Below, in pieces: positions 1 to 10,422 of a stretch of 64,000 bases of DNA. The stretch comes from Bacteroidales bacterium. Lineage in GTDB: Bacteria; Bacteroidota; Bacteroidia; Bacteroidales; UBA1715. The translations under genes and the position numbers were made by a program. The notes below the pieces were generated by a model. It saw nothing but the letters and a program-made list of their open reading frames with translations, had not been told where the DNA came from and made no database searches. Within the stretch, counting starts at the first letter, position 1. Every line of letters begins with the position of its first letter. The stretch lies in the NCBI GenBank assembly GCA_017552705.1, contig JAFZOY010000045.1, forward strand, positions 11,405-75,404. The letters run 5' to 3'.

Positions 1-142
1 CAAGAGCCACAATCCACAATACTACGGAACCAATACGAAGTCCTACGGTTGATTGAGCGATTTGTTGTGCTGCTACACCCTTGGTACTGGCTGTTTTTGC
101 AGCTTCACTTTGAATGATTTTGTGTTCTTTTTTTTCTGCCAT
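1..142 (-). CDS. Hypothetical membrane protein, N-terminal part (runs off the window start)
   Basis: Read manually from ATG at 142: MAEKKEHKIIQSEAAKTASTKGVAAQQIAQSTVGLRIGSVVLWIVAL. The frame is open to the window edge and ends in a hydrophobic stretch. Divergent from the gene at 386. Confidence 0.6.
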   Translation of the reverse strand, partial: MAEKKEHKIIQSEAAKTASTKGVAAQQIAQSTVGLRIGSVVLWIVAL

Positions 143-358
143 AATACTTTTTGTTTATGCGTGAACCAAAGCCCGCGCGGATTAATAATTTTGTAACATT
201 TGATGTAAAAGTAGCAATTGTTTTCTTTTTCTGCAAATATCGGTTGCGAAATTTTTGGGAAAAGATTGCGCTTTCAACTAACGACTAACGTAAAACAATA
301 TAAAAAGCAATTCTGCAAGATAGTATTTCATGTTTTTGCTATTTCTGCTAAAAATTGG

Positions 359-366
359 TATCTTTG
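359..366 (+). promoter_or_regulatory. Bacteroidota sigma-A -7 box (TATCTTTG)
   Basis: Matches TAnnTTTG, about 20 bp upstream of ATG 386. Confidence 0.55.
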
Positions 367-385
367 GCAAATTAAATTCTTGAAA

Positions 386-1378
386 ATGAAACTAAATTAT
401 ATACGTGTAACCGTGTTGTTTCTTGTCTGCGCCGTTTGTTTCGGTTGCCAAAAAAAGGAACAATTGTATTATACCACAGTCGGTACAACTCCTGAAAAAA
501 TCGACATTACAGATATTGCGAGTATCAATGACTCCACATTTTATGTGATTGGTATCGATAAGGAAAATCATACGTATTCGTATTTATGCCATGCCAAAAA
601 TCAAAATACGTGGTCGTTCTCGAAACGATGGAAATCGCTTGACAGATATAGATGTATTGTGTTCGACGAAAATGGTGTTACCTGGTGGTGCGGCGACAAA
701 ATGTTTTTGAGCAAAAGTTTCGACACGTTGAATACAAGTCAACGCCACTCGAAATTCACATATTGGAATGATTGGCCATCGGAAAAGACAAACCTGCGGG
801 AGTTATATGTGAAAGATGGCAGACCGTTCTATATGATTGGCACTGACGATCTGCTTTCGGGTAGTTTTTACACATACGCCCATAGCGATTCGGTTTACAC
901 TAGTTCGAAGAAGCATTTTGGCTTGAATGATATGGTTGTGTGTGGCGATACGGTGTATGTTGCTGGCTACGGCTCAATCCTCCGTGTAACCGACAATGGT
1001 AATTCTCAGGTTCTCGAAGATATTGGTGGTGAGAACTTTACGCATATTTGCCGTGGCGGAAATTATTTGTTTGTCTGCACGTATTCGGGAAAAATCTTCC
1101 GTTCAGAGATTGGAAGCGGTTCATGGGAGAAATTGACGTCGTTGGGCAAAAATTTGTTGTTCATCGAGGCAAATTCGTTGGGCGATGTGATTGCTGTTGG
1201 TGGTTCGCGTGAGATACTTGTTTCTACAAACTATGGAACTGAATGGTTTGAGGAAAAATATTCTGATGGAAATAAAATTTCGTGTCTAAAACAATATGGA
1301 GACAATTTCTATATTGGACACGAAAAAGGTACTGTCTTGAAAATCACGCATAATCAACTCCAAATTAATGCAAAATAA
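386..1378 (+). CDS. Putative lipoprotein with beta-propeller (YCF48/BNR-like) repeats
   Basis: Start placed at ATG 386 (MKLNYIRV), downstream of the -7 box. Lipobox-like CFG-C and a BNR-like VSTNYGTEW motif. The stop overlaps the next ATG (TAATG). Confidence 0.6.
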   Translation: MKLNYIRVTVLFLVCAVCFGCQKKEQLYYTTVGTTPEKIDITDIASINDSTFYVIGIDKENHTYSYLCHAKNQNTWSFSKRWKSLDRYRCIVFDENGVTWWCGDKMFLSKSFDTLNTSQRHSKFTYWNDWPSEKTNLRELYVKDGRPFYMIGTDDLLSGSFYTYAHSDSVYTSSKKHFGLNDMVVCGDTVYVAGYGSILRVTDNGNSQVLEDIGGENFTHICRGGNYLFVCTYSGKIFRSEIGSGSWEKLTSLGKNLLFIEANSLGDVIAVGGSREILVSTNYGTEWFEEKYSDGNKISCLKQYGDNFYIGHEKGTVLKITHNQLQINAK

Positions 1379-4300
1379 TGAATCAAATTAAATCATACGT
1401 GTTGTCAGGATTATTCCTGATGGTGGGGATTGTCTGCCATTCGCAGTCGCTTATCCTTAATGAGATTGTTGCCAAAAATGCGACATCCTACGAAAATGTA
1501 GCGGGTAATACTCCCGATTGGATTGAATTGAAAAATGTTTCGTCATCGGCAATCGATTTGTCGGAATACAGCATTGCCACGGCGAGTACGTTCGATACTC
1601 CTATTAAATTGCCAGCTAAACAGTTACAAAAGAATGGCTACTATATTTATGAAGCCGTTTCCGTCAACAACGATGTGGAAGGTTGGGTAACGGTGGTGGA
1701 TTATGGGGAAGAGTTCTCATACAAGGTTCCACAAGCCGAAATCAATGGTTGGACCTCGCTTCAATTCAATGATTCTGAATGGTCGAAAGGCAAAACACCC
1801 ATTGGTTACGGTGAAATCGACGTGGCGACAACAACTACTGATGCGAGGTCGGTTTTCCTGCGGAAAACATTTACGGTTTTGCATGTTGAAGATGTTGCGA
1901 AAATGATGCTTCACATGGATTGCGACGACGGTTTCATTGCATATATAAATGGTACGGAAGTCGCCCGTTCAAATATGAATTCATCAAGTTTCGATGCTTT
2001 TGCAACAACGTACACCGAAGGTGTGATGAGAGACGGCAAGGAACCTCCATCGTATGACATTTCCAAAGAAATTACGAATTTGAAGGAAGGTGAAAATGTG
2101 TTGTGCATACAATTGCATAATTGTAACGCCACATCATCCGATTTGATTGGTACTCCGATATTGAGCTTGGGATATTCCGTTCTGCGCGACTACTATTTTC
2201 CGCCTTCAAAGTACATAAGTTTGCCCAGTGGAAGATCGTTTTCGCTTCGGGCTTCGGGCGACACGGTGTATCTGCTGAAAGGTGCGAAAATCATTGACAG
2301 TATTTCGTGGAAAAATCTGCCCGTTGATGTGTCAATCGGACGTTCGCAAACCGACAACGTTGCATCTTATTATTTTGAGAAAACCACGCCGGGAGCGGCT
2401 AACGGCACCGAAATGTTCACTGCCAAAACATTGGACAAACCAAAGTTTGAATATCCCGCTGGTGTATATCGAAAGAAATTTATGCTGAACGTATATTCGT
2501 CCGATACAAAGGCTGAACTTCACTATACAATCGATGGCTCTGTCCCTACAAAGGATTCTCCTCGGTTGACTGAAGCGCTTGAAATCAGAAAAAACACCAA
2601 CATACGTGTCCGTGCGTTCCGAATAGGATATTTGCCCAGTGAAGTTGCAACGGCTTCGTATATTTTTTCAATAGATCGGGGTTTGCCAATCGCTTCGCTT
2701 ACAGTTGTTTATGATGACTTTTTTGACTACAACACTGGCATTTACGCAACAGGTCCAAATGCAAGTAAGGAAGAACCATATTATGGCGCAAATTATTGGC
2801 AAGATTGGGAACGGCCAGTCCATCTCGATTATTTCGACGAAAGTGGCTCGTGTGTGGTTTCACAGGATTTGGGTTGTAAAATCGGTGGCAACTGGAGCCG
2901 CGCCCACCCTCAAAAAACACTGAAATTGTATGCCCGTGATCAATATGGAAAAGATGAAATAGAATATCGTTTTTTCAAAGACAAGCCTGTGTCTTCGTTT
3001 CACATGATTTTGCTCCGAAATAGCGGTAACGACTTCAATAACACGCAAATGCGCGATGGAACGATCTCGGAGCTTGCCAAAGAAATGGACATTGACCGTC
3101 AGGCATATCAGCCGGCGATTGTCTTTATCAATGGGGAATATTATGGCATCCAGAACGTTCGGGAAAAACAAAATGAGCATTATGTTGCCGAAAACTATGG
3201 CTACGACAAAGATGATATTGACGTGGTGAAAAATGGTTGGGAACTGAAAAATGGCTCGGATGACTATTATTGGGAAATGCGTGATTTCATTGAGGATAAT
3301 GATATGTCGTCGTCGTCAAATTATGAGAAAGCTAAGCAGATGCTCGATATGCCAAGTTATATTGATTACTATGTTCTTGAAACATATATAGTTAACGAAG
3401 ATTGGCCGAGCAATAATTTTGGTTGTTGGCATTCCAACTCTCCGAATACGCCGTGGCGATATTTCTTGTTTGACTGCGATTTCGGGCTTGGTATTTGGAA
3501 ACTCGAAGAAAAGGTGAACAAAAATATGCTTGAATTTTGCACCGCCACTAATTCCGATAATTATGCCAATACGCCCGAGGCAACGGCTTTGTTGCGGAGT
3601 TTGATGAAAAGTTCCGAGTTTCGCCGTGATTATATGAATGCAACCGCCGATAGGCTGAACACAACGCTTTCATCGATGAACGTGACGCATGTGATTGACT
3701 CCGTATATGGCCTGATTTCCGCAGAAATGCCTAAGCATATTGAACGATGGGGATTTAATTGGCAGGAAAGCAATCTTTCGAAAATGCGTGAGTTTGGCGA
3801 GCGCCGCGAGGCAATTATGCGGAAGCAAACCGAAGAATTTTTCTCGACAAACGGTAGTTACAAGTTGACTTTGAATATTTCGGAAAATGGAGCGGGAAAA
3901 ATCCATTTGAACACAATAGATGTTGCAGGTTTTCCGTGGTCGGGAAAATATTTCAAAAACAACACAATTTTTCTGACTGCGATTCCAAATCCGGGCTATG
4001 AATTTGTCCGTTGGGAAGGCGCTGTGGAATCCGAAAATATCTCAATATCTGTTATTACTGATGCTGCTACCGAGTTGACGGCAGTGTTCAACTACGTGGG
4101 CAATGAACCGAATGTACAATTTACCGAGGTGTATTATCACGCGTTCCGCGATGGTGAAACCAAATGGATAGAACTTTTTAACGGTGGCACCTCAGAGGTT
4201 GATTTGTCGGGTTATACAATCAAACTCGACCGATATAATCAGCAATTTGTGGTTCCCGAAGGTGTAACGATTGAATCAGGCGAGTATCTTGTATTCGCAA

Positions 4301-5268
4301 ATTCAGCAGAATCAATGCAATTGCAATATCCTGATATTCATGTTGTTGGTAATTTGCATTTTGATTTCCCTAAGGATTTTGCAACAATTGTTCTTTCCGA
4401 TGTGCATGGTTGCAATGTCGCTGAATTTTCGTATAGTGAATCGTTCCCACATGCCCGAAAAGCTGATGGCTATGGATTTTCTTGTGAATTGATTGGCGAT
4501 GAGTGGTTTGCACCATCGTTTGGCGGTACTCCTGGTGCAAAAAATGACGAAGCCTATGTGTTTCCAACGTGCCAATGCAATTTGGTGATAAATGAAGTTA
4601 ATTATGCTTCAGCGGATTTTGCCGATGCTGGCGATTGGATTGAACTTTACAATCCACGGGAATCTTCAACCATAAATTTGCAGAATTTTATGATTCTCGA
4701 CAAACGGGGAAATATTTCGGTAATCTACGACAAGATTTTGGTTGAACCTGGCGAATATGTCGTTTTGGTTGATAACATGCAGAAATTCAAGACAATATAT
4801 CCCAATGTGAAATGCTACCAAGTGGATTTGTCGTTAAATAAATTTATTGATGAGATTCATTTGTATAATTCGTACGAATATTTAGAAGACGAGATGTCGT
4901 ATTCAATGTTCGACCCCAATATGACTACAATGGCGTTTGAAACGGGAAAAACACTAGCTTTGACGGATCCTAATAGCGATAATTCCAAACCAGAAAATTG
5001 GAGGGCAGAACAACGATATGGTTCGCCAGGGGCTGCAAACCAAACTGGCGTACACGATATGCAATCAAGTTTGGTTGAAATCTATTCTCTGGGACATACA
5101 ATTTATGTGAAAAATGCCGCCCAATCCGACGTGAAGGTTTACGATAGCCTTGGTCAGTTGGTGGCTTACATGAATTCCTGTCAACAGGAAGAACAGTTCA
5201 CGGTTGACCAAATTGGGGTATATCTTGTGAAAGTGGGAACGATTGCACGTATGGTGGTTGTGAAATGA
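1378..5268 (+). CDS. CotH kinase-family protein with lamin-tail domains, Fn3-associated/CHB_HEX_C-like domain and T9SS C-terminal sorting domain
   Basis: Signal peptide. Lamin-tail motifs (LNEIVAKN..DWIELKN; INEVNY..DWIELYN). LHYTIDGSVPT. CotH-type motifs INGEYYG, NEDWPSNN and FDCDFG. C-terminal VYDSLGQLV..GVYLVKV. Confidence 0.85.
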   Translation: MNQIKSYVLSGLFLMVGIVCHSQSLILNEIVAKNATSYENVAGNTPDWIELKNVSSSAIDLSEYSIATASTFDTPIKLPAKQLQKNGYYIYEAVSVNNDVEGWVTVVDYGEEFSYKVPQAEINGWTSLQFNDSEWSKGKTPIGYGEIDVATTTTDARSVFLRKTFTVLHVEDVAKMMLHMDCDDGFIAYINGTEVARSNMNSSSFDAFATTYTEGVMRDGKEPPSYDISKEITNLKEGENVLCIQLHNCNATSSDLIGTPILSLGYSVLRDYYFPPSKYISLPSGRSFSLRASGDTVYLLKGAKIIDSISWKNLPVDVSIGRSQTDNVASYYFEKTTPGAANGTEMFTAKTLDKPKFEYPAGVYRKKFMLNVYSSDTKAELHYTIDGSVPTKDSPRLTEALEIRKNTNIRVRAFRIGYLPSEVATASYIFSIDRGLPIASLTVVYDDFFDYNTGIYATGPNASKEEPYYGANYWQDWERPVHLDYFDESGSCVVSQDLGCKIGGNWSRAHPQKTLKLYARDQYGKDEIEYRFFKDKPVSSFHMILLRNSGNDFNNTQMRDGTISELAKEMDIDRQAYQPAIVFINGEYYGIQNVREKQNEHYVAENYGYDKDDIDVVKNGWELKNGSDDYYWEMRDFIEDNDMSSSSNYEKAKQMLDMPSYIDYYVLETYIVNEDWPSNNFGCWHSNSPNTPWRYFLFDCDFGLGIWKLEEKVNKNMLEFCTATNSDNYANTPEATALLRSLMKSSEFRRDYMNATADRLNTTLSSMNVTHVIDSVYGLISAEMPKHIERWGFNWQESNLSKMREFGERREAIMRKQTEEFFSTNGSYKLTLNISENGAGKIHLNTIDVAGFPWSGKYFKNNTIFLTAIPNPGYEFVRWEGAVESENISISVITDAATELTAVFNYVGNEPNVQFTEVYYHAFRDGETKWIELFNGGTSEVDLSGYTIKLDRYNQQFVVPEGVTIESGEYLVFANSAESMQLQYPDIHVVGNLHFDFPKDFATIVLSDVHGCNVAEFSYSESFPHARKADGYGFSCELIGDEWFAPSFGGTPGAKNDEAYVFPTCQCNLVINEVNYASADFADAGDWIELYNPRESSTINLQNFMILDKRGNISVIYDKILVEPGEYVVLVDNMQKFKTIYPNVKCYQVDLSLNKFIDEIHLYNSYEYLEDEMSYSMFDPNMTTMAFETGKTLALTDPNSDNSKPENWRAEQRYGSPGAANQTGVHDMQSSLVEIYSLGHTIYVKNAAQSDVKVYDSLGQLVAYMNSCQQEEQFTVDQIGVYLVKVGTIARMVVVK

Positions 5269-5325
5269 TGTCGTTATAAATCAAACTATGTCTTGAAGTT
5301 TTAGTGTTGACAGCGGATAACGCAC

Positions 5326-5354
5326 GGAAAAAAACGATTTTTCCTTTTTTTTTT
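5326..5354 (+). terminator. Possible intrinsic terminator
   Basis: GGAAAAA/TTTTTCC stem followed by a T-run downstream of the CotH gene. The stem is weak and AT-rich. Confidence 0.35.
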
Positions 5355-5397
5355 ACCGAATTTGTATAAGTTTGCCGACGAACTAACAGAGTTAAAC

Positions 5398-7182
5398 ATG
5401 GAAGTTACACGAATTTTTGACCTTCTTGGTCAAGACAAAGAGCAACAATCCGTTAGCGAATACTGCGACAAAGGTGTTGCTTTGGCTCATAAAGTAAATG
5501 GAGAATGGATAAAATACTCTATAGATGAATATATAGAAAAAGTAAACTACGTAAGCTATGCATTGCTTTCTTTGGGTATAGCACCAGGCGATAAAGTCGG
5601 CATAGTAAGCGGAAACCGCCCAGAATGGAATTTTCTTGATATGGGCGTAATGCAAATCGGAGCAATTCCTGTTCCTATTTATCCTACAATCAGCCAAGAA
5701 GATTATCGATATATTTTGAATCATGCCGAAGTGAAATTGCTTTTCATAGAAGGAAAGGAACTTCGGAAAAAAATTGAACCAATTTTGCCGGAATGTGCTT
5801 CGATACAAGAAATTTTCACGTTTGTGAATCAAAACAGCGGATACCGTTATTTCCAGCAATTGGTTGACCTTGGAAAGGAAAATCCTCAGCCTGAGAAAGT
5901 AGAAGAATTGAAGGCTACCATTAAGCCAAATGACTTGGCTACAATTATTTATACTTCGGGAACGACGGGAAATCCTAAAGGCGTAATGCTGTCGCACAAT
6001 AATATCTTAATGAACGTGAAAAACGTGTTTGAACTGCTCAACAAGGAAAATAGGGTTGTGATGAGCTGTCTTCCGTTGTGCCATGCTTACGAACGTATGT
6101 TGATGTACGCATATCATTACGTCGGTGCGTCAATCTACTATTCCGATTTAGCCCTTATTGCAGATAATCTCAAGGAGGTTCACCCAACAATTATGTGTGC
6201 CGTACCTCGTTTGTTGGAAAAAATCTACGACAAATTATATATGGCTGGCAAAAAACAGCCTTTTATCACCAAGAAAATCTACTATTGGGCAGTTGACTTG
6301 GCTACGAAATATAACTTAGACCCAGCAAAACGTTCATGGTGGTATAATCTTCGTTACAAATTTGCCGATAAAATGGTTTATTCCAAATGGAGAGAGGCTC
6401 TTGGCGCGGTACGTTTGAAACAGGTAGTGTCTGGTGGCTCTGCTTTACAGCCACGGTTGGCTTCATTTTTCCAGGCAATCGGCATGGTTATTTTCGAAGG
6501 ATATGGTTTGTCGGAAACTTCGCCGGTAATTGCGGTTGCACGCGAAGAGGCTTATACACACGAACCGGGCACAGTTGGTCTGCCATTGCCGGGCGTTGAG
6601 GTTAAGGTTGCCGAAAATGATGAGTTGATTTGCCGTGGCCATAATGTGATGCTCGGCTATTACAAAGATGAACAAAAAACGAAAGAGGTCATCGATGCCG
6701 AAGGCTGGTTCCACACTGGCGATACGGCAATTATAACCGACAAGGGTTTGGTGAAAATCACGGGAAGAATCAAGAGTTTGTTCAAAACATCTTTCGGAAA
6801 ATATGTCAACCCAGAATTGATAGAAGAAAAATTCATGACGTCTCCGTTTATCAACGCGATTGTGGTGTGTGGTGAAAACCGCCAATATCCAGTGGCTTTG
6901 ATAGTTCCGGAATTTTCTTGCTTGCGTACGTGGTGCGAGTCGCACAATGTACCATATACGTCCGACAAAGAGGTTGTGAAAAATCCACAGGTGATTGCAC
7001 GTATCCAAAAGGAAGTCAAGAAACTCAATTCAAACTTTGCCGACTATGAGCAAGTAAAACGTTTTGCATTGGTTCCCGAAGAATGGACTCCGCAAAATGG
7101 CCTGCTTTCGCCTACACTCATGGTGAAACGAAAAGTGGTTCAGGCTACATACGCTGAAGAATTGGAGAAATTGTTCAATTAA
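5398..7182 (+). CDS. Long-chain-fatty-acid--CoA ligase (AMP-dependent synthetase)
   Basis: YTSGTTGNPKG P-loop, EGYGLSET, GWFHTGD. ATG 5398 chosen because it lies downstream of TAAGTTTG (5367-5374). Confidence 0.92.
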   Translation: MEVTRIFDLLGQDKEQQSVSEYCDKGVALAHKVNGEWIKYSIDEYIEKVNYVSYALLSLGIAPGDKVGIVSGNRPEWNFLDMGVMQIGAIPVPIYPTISQEDYRYILNHAEVKLLFIEGKELRKKIEPILPECASIQEIFTFVNQNSGYRYFQQLVDLGKENPQPEKVEELKATIKPNDLATIIYTSGTTGNPKGVMLSHNNILMNVKNVFELLNKENRVVMSCLPLCHAYERMLMYAYHYVGASIYYSDLALIADNLKEVHPTIMCAVPRLLEKIYDKLYMAGKKQPFITKKIYYWAVDLATKYNLDPAKRSWWYNLRYKFADKMVYSKWREALGAVRLKQVVSGGSALQPRLASFFQAIGMVIFEGYGLSETSPVIAVAREEAYTHEPGTVGLPLPGVEVKVAENDELICRGHNVMLGYYKDEQKTKEVIDAEGWFHTGDTAIITDKGLVKITGRIKSLFKTSFGKYVNPELIEEKFMTSPFINAIVVCGENRQYPVALIVPEFSCLRTWCESHNVPYTSDKEVVKNPQVIARIQKEVKKLNSNFADYEQVKRFALVPEEWTPQNGLLSPTLMVKRKVVQATYAEELEKLFN

Positions 7183-7208
7183 GGCAACTCACAGCAACAA
7201 TTTTAGAA

Positions 7209-8705
7209 CTAAAATTGTATTTCTTTACAATCAAACATCCCTGTCCCTTTAAAAACAAGGAATAGCGGATGTTTGCCGTTTTTAAACGATACTGTGGTTG
7301 TTATTGTTTCCCATTCATTTGATGGCGTTATGGAGAATCTTCCCAAGCAATCGGCGTTTTCTTCTTGATACACTTCTATTACTCCAGAAGCATTTCCTCT
7401 CTGCACTATCGACAATGATGTATTCTCATGAAAATCAAAATATTTGAATCCGATGAGGGTTTTGTCTCCGATTTCGTGGATAAAACGCTCGCTGCCGTCG
7501 TGGTTTACGTTGGGAAACGATTCCGAATAAATCTTATTCGAGCCGTGTGGCATGTTTCCATTGGTGATGTTGCAGGCAATTACCGCAGGATATTTCCCTT
7601 GGGCTTTGAGCGGAGAACCGTTCAGTCCACACGAGGTTATTTCAACTTGTGGAATTGAACCATCTGGCAGTATCACAATCTTTTCGGCGCAAGCCTGACG
7701 GCTGTAATCGGATTTGTGTGTCAAACGGTGGTAGAATACATACCATTCTCCATTGATTTGTTCCACGCTGCCATGCGTGGTTCCTGTCATGTTAAGGCGA
7801 TGCGCCTCGGTGCGTCCATTATATCCAACATCGCCGTTTGATACGATTGTTCCGCCAAATAGAAAGTCGTGGTCGGGATAATTACTTGTGGCATAGCACA
7901 ATTCGTGGTTTTGCAACGAAGAGTAGATAAAGTAATACCGGTTCCCAATTTTTCTGATGGAACTTGCCTCGAAAAATGGATGCTGTTCAAACGAGGTTCC
8001 TTTTGTTTTATAGGGAATAATATGTTTTGGTGGAACTTTCACGGTGAGCATATCGTCCTCAAGCTCAGCCATAACGGGGCCCATAACACTGTCTTTCTTT
8101 GCCATCGAAATAATTTCGTCACGTGTTTTGCCGAACATGTCCATTTCGCATTTGATGTTGGCCTCGTTATTGAAAAAATCTGCTTCTTCCTCGAAAGGAT
8201 ATTGGGTGCCAAAGTATAACAGTATTCTTCCATCGTCATTCATCACAGCGGGATCGAACGGTACATAGTCGTGCAAAGGGCGTCCGTCGGGGTACGAAAC
8301 GAATCCTAAAAACTCATATTCTCCGGCAGGCTGGTTGCACACCGCTACGCTAATTGGGCCAAAATAGCCGCCAACGCCACGGAATCCCGACATTGAGTAG
8401 TATAGATAATATCGTCCGTCGTTGCCACGAACCACGTCGGGGGCGTACATATATTTTCGGTTTGCATAGTCGGGATCTTGTGCGGCACGGTAGATAACAC
8501 CTTCGTAACGCCAATGTTTCAGGTCGTAGATTGAAGCCGAATATGCTACGTAGTCGAGCATGCAAAATGTATCGCCACCTTCTTTGTCGTGCGAGCCAAA
8601 CAAATATACTCTGTCGCCAAACACGTGTGGTTCACCGTCGGGGACGTACTCGTTTAACGGCAAAAACGGATTGAAAATCTGCGATTTAGATGTTGAATGT
8701 TCCAT
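7209..8705 (-). CDS. GH43 family glycoside hydrolase (xylosidase/arabinofuranosidase-like) with C-terminal CBM6-like module
   Basis: PDGEPHVF, YAPDV, FDPAV and FFEASS five-bladed propeller motifs. C-terminal GFKYFDF..GKHPLFLVFKG. No signal peptide. Confidence 0.85.
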   Translation of the reverse strand: MEHSTSKSQIFNPFLPLNEYVPDGEPHVFGDRVYLFGSHDKEGGDTFCMLDYVAYSASIYDLKHWRYEGVIYRAAQDPDYANRKYMYAPDVVRGNDGRYYLYYSMSGFRGVGGYFGPISVAVCNQPAGEYEFLGFVSYPDGRPLHDYVPFDPAVMNDDGRILLYFGTQYPFEEEADFFNNEANIKCEMDMFGKTRDEIISMAKKDSVMGPVMAELEDDMLTVKVPPKHIIPYKTKGTSFEQHPFFEASSIRKIGNRYYFIYSSLQNHELCYATSNYPDHDFLFGGTIVSNGDVGYNGRTEAHRLNMTGTTHGSVEQINGEWYVFYHRLTHKSDYSRQACAEKIVILPDGSIPQVEITSCGLNGSPLKAQGKYPAVIACNITNGNMPHGSNKIYSESFPNVNHDGSERFIHEIGDKTLIGFKYFDFHENTSLSIVQRGNASGVIEVYQEENADCLGRFSITPSNEWETITTTVSFKNGKHPLFLVFKGTGMFDCKEIQF

Positions 8706-8709
8706 AAAT

Positions 8710-9585
8710 CTATTTTAACGACAATTCTTTTGTATAAATATTCTCTTTCGTCACCCATTTGTCAATTGCAAACAACGAACAATTGATGACGAGCAAAATG
8801 ATGAATCCCACTAAACCAGCGGAACCGCCAAGCAAATCGTTAAAATTGTCGAGATACATAAGCGACAATCCCGCGCCGGCGTTCAGTGTGCCGTGGAATA
8901 TTGCGGCAGTAATCACCGACTTTGATTTTATGCGAATGTACTGAATGATGGGCGTAAGCATTGCGCACCAAATTATCATCATTACCAGGCCGATAAACGG
9001 ATGTTGAGCGTAATTGTGTCCCATTGCAATAAGCGGAGCGTGCCAAATGCCCCAGAAAGCTCCGATAATCAACGATGTTTTCAAGAATTTCACACCTTCG
9101 AACTGTTTCAGCAACCAACCACGCCATGCGATTTCCTCGCCGAAGGCAAACAAAGCATTTATCGTAATTCCAGCCGACAAACCAGAAACGATTGTTATGG
9201 CAAGTAATTTATATGCGTCAATGTCGGGGATGGATTGCGACATTTGTGCCAATGCGTTCTGCAAAATCGGTGTTTCTGTTGAAAACCTCATCGGCGGAAA
9301 CAATGCCGACGCGAACATTGCAGCCACGTTGAACACCACTGGCAACAACCACGCCACCACGAACCATCGGTTCAATTTGAACGAAACGCCCAATCCTTTC
9401 AAAATCGGTTCTTTGTGGATTGCCTGAACAATCACCACCGAAATTAGCGGGAAAAACATATAGCTTGTCATAAACACGAATCCCGCCGTTGTTTGCAAGT
9501 CACCGTTTAACAGATAAAACAACCCCGCTGCCGTCCACGAAAGCAGGATTACTAATAATGCGAATAGAATTGTTTGTTTCTTCAT
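8710..9585 (-). CDS. CPBP (CAAX protease/Abi) family intramembrane glutamic endopeptidase
   Basis: GEEIAWRG, FWGIWH and AIFHGTLN motifs; multiple transmembrane segments. Confidence 0.9.
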   Translation of the reverse strand: MKKQTILFALLVILLSWTAAGLFYLLNGDLQTTAGFVFMTSYMFFPLISVVIVQAIHKEPILKGLGVSFKLNRWFVVAWLLPVVFNVAAMFASALFPPMRFSTETPILQNALAQMSQSIPDIDAYKLLAITIVSGLSAGITINALFAFGEEIAWRGWLLKQFEGVKFLKTSLIIGAFWGIWHAPLIAMGHNYAQHPFIGLVMMIIWCAMLTPIIQYIRIKSKSVITAAIFHGTLNAGAGLSLMYLDNFNDLLGGSAGLVGFIILLVINCSLFAIDKWVTKENIYTKELSLK

Positions 9586-9600
9586 TGAGTAGAGTATTTA

Positions 9601-10353
9601 TTATTTTGTTTTTCCTTTTTTCTTGTCTGATTGTTTTGTCAACACGGCAAATTCCTTTTTCGCTTTTTCCATTTGCTCCAAGAATTCGGGACTTGTGTGC
9701 ATTTTCGCAACTGCCGCCGAGGCAGCAAGCCTTCCTGCGTCCACGTCGCTTTGCCAATGGGCGCCCACAATCACACGGCTTTCGCTAAACATAAATCCAC
9801 GTGCAAGCAAAGTGTCGGCATTGGCAGGATTGATTTCCATCAAAATTAAAGCTGCAGTCCAACCTCTGAGCGTATGTCCCGATGGATAGGAACCATTGTG
9901 CGACAATGCTTCATCGTCCCATGTAGCGAGTGATGGCTCGTGGAATCGGGCATACGGACGCATACGCATATAATGTTTTTTGGGATATGTGCCAATGAAA
10001 TCGGCTGTTCTAAGTGATTTGGCAAGGAGTTTATAGATTTCGGGTGTCGTTTCTTTTGAAATTGTTATTCCAAATGGAACGCTGAATTCCTTGCACATAT
10101 TGTCGGTTGTGCAGTCGGCGTCACGGATGGCGATTGCCGCACGTTCGGAGTTTTTTCGCATTTCCTTGCCCCAAAAATAACGCATTATGTCATGCGAAAA
10201 TGCTTCGCTGAGCGTATCGGGAGGTGGCGGAAGGAATTTGAGCATATCGGGCATTTCTTCCCGAGTGAAATAGGCTTCCGATTCTTGTGCCGTAGCATAA
10301 GAACCCAATATCGTGCAAAAACCGATGATAAAAATAAGTCGTAATTGTTTCAT
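9601..10353 (-). CDS. Class A non-specific acid phosphatase (PAP2 family)
   Basis: KxxxxxxRP (KKHYMRMRP), SYPSGH and SRVIVGAHWQSD; signal peptide. -7 box on the minus strand at 10403-10410. Confidence 0.92.
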   Translation of the reverse strand: MKQLRLIFIIGFCTILGSYATAQESEAYFTREEMPDMLKFLPPPPDTLSEAFSHDIMRYFWGKEMRKNSERAAIAIRDADCTTDNMCKEFSVPFGITISKETTPEIYKLLAKSLRTADFIGTYPKKHYMRMRPYARFHEPSLATWDDEALSHNGSYPSGHTLRGWTAALILMEINPANADTLLARGFMFSESRVIVGAHWQSDVDAGRLAASAAVAKMHTSPEFLEQMEKAKKEFAVLTKQSDKKKGKTK

Positions 10354-10422
10354 TGTTAATTTAATAAGTGATACATTACTATGATTTTCTACGTAACCAC
10401 CACAAAGATAGGAAGAAAAACT

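Noticed and set aside
218-385. Longer upstream starts for the ORFs at 218, 5362, 22574 and 26241
   Set aside because: Each extension spans a TAnnTTTG promoter box or a neighbouring gene. Downstream starts give proper signal peptides or family N-termini.
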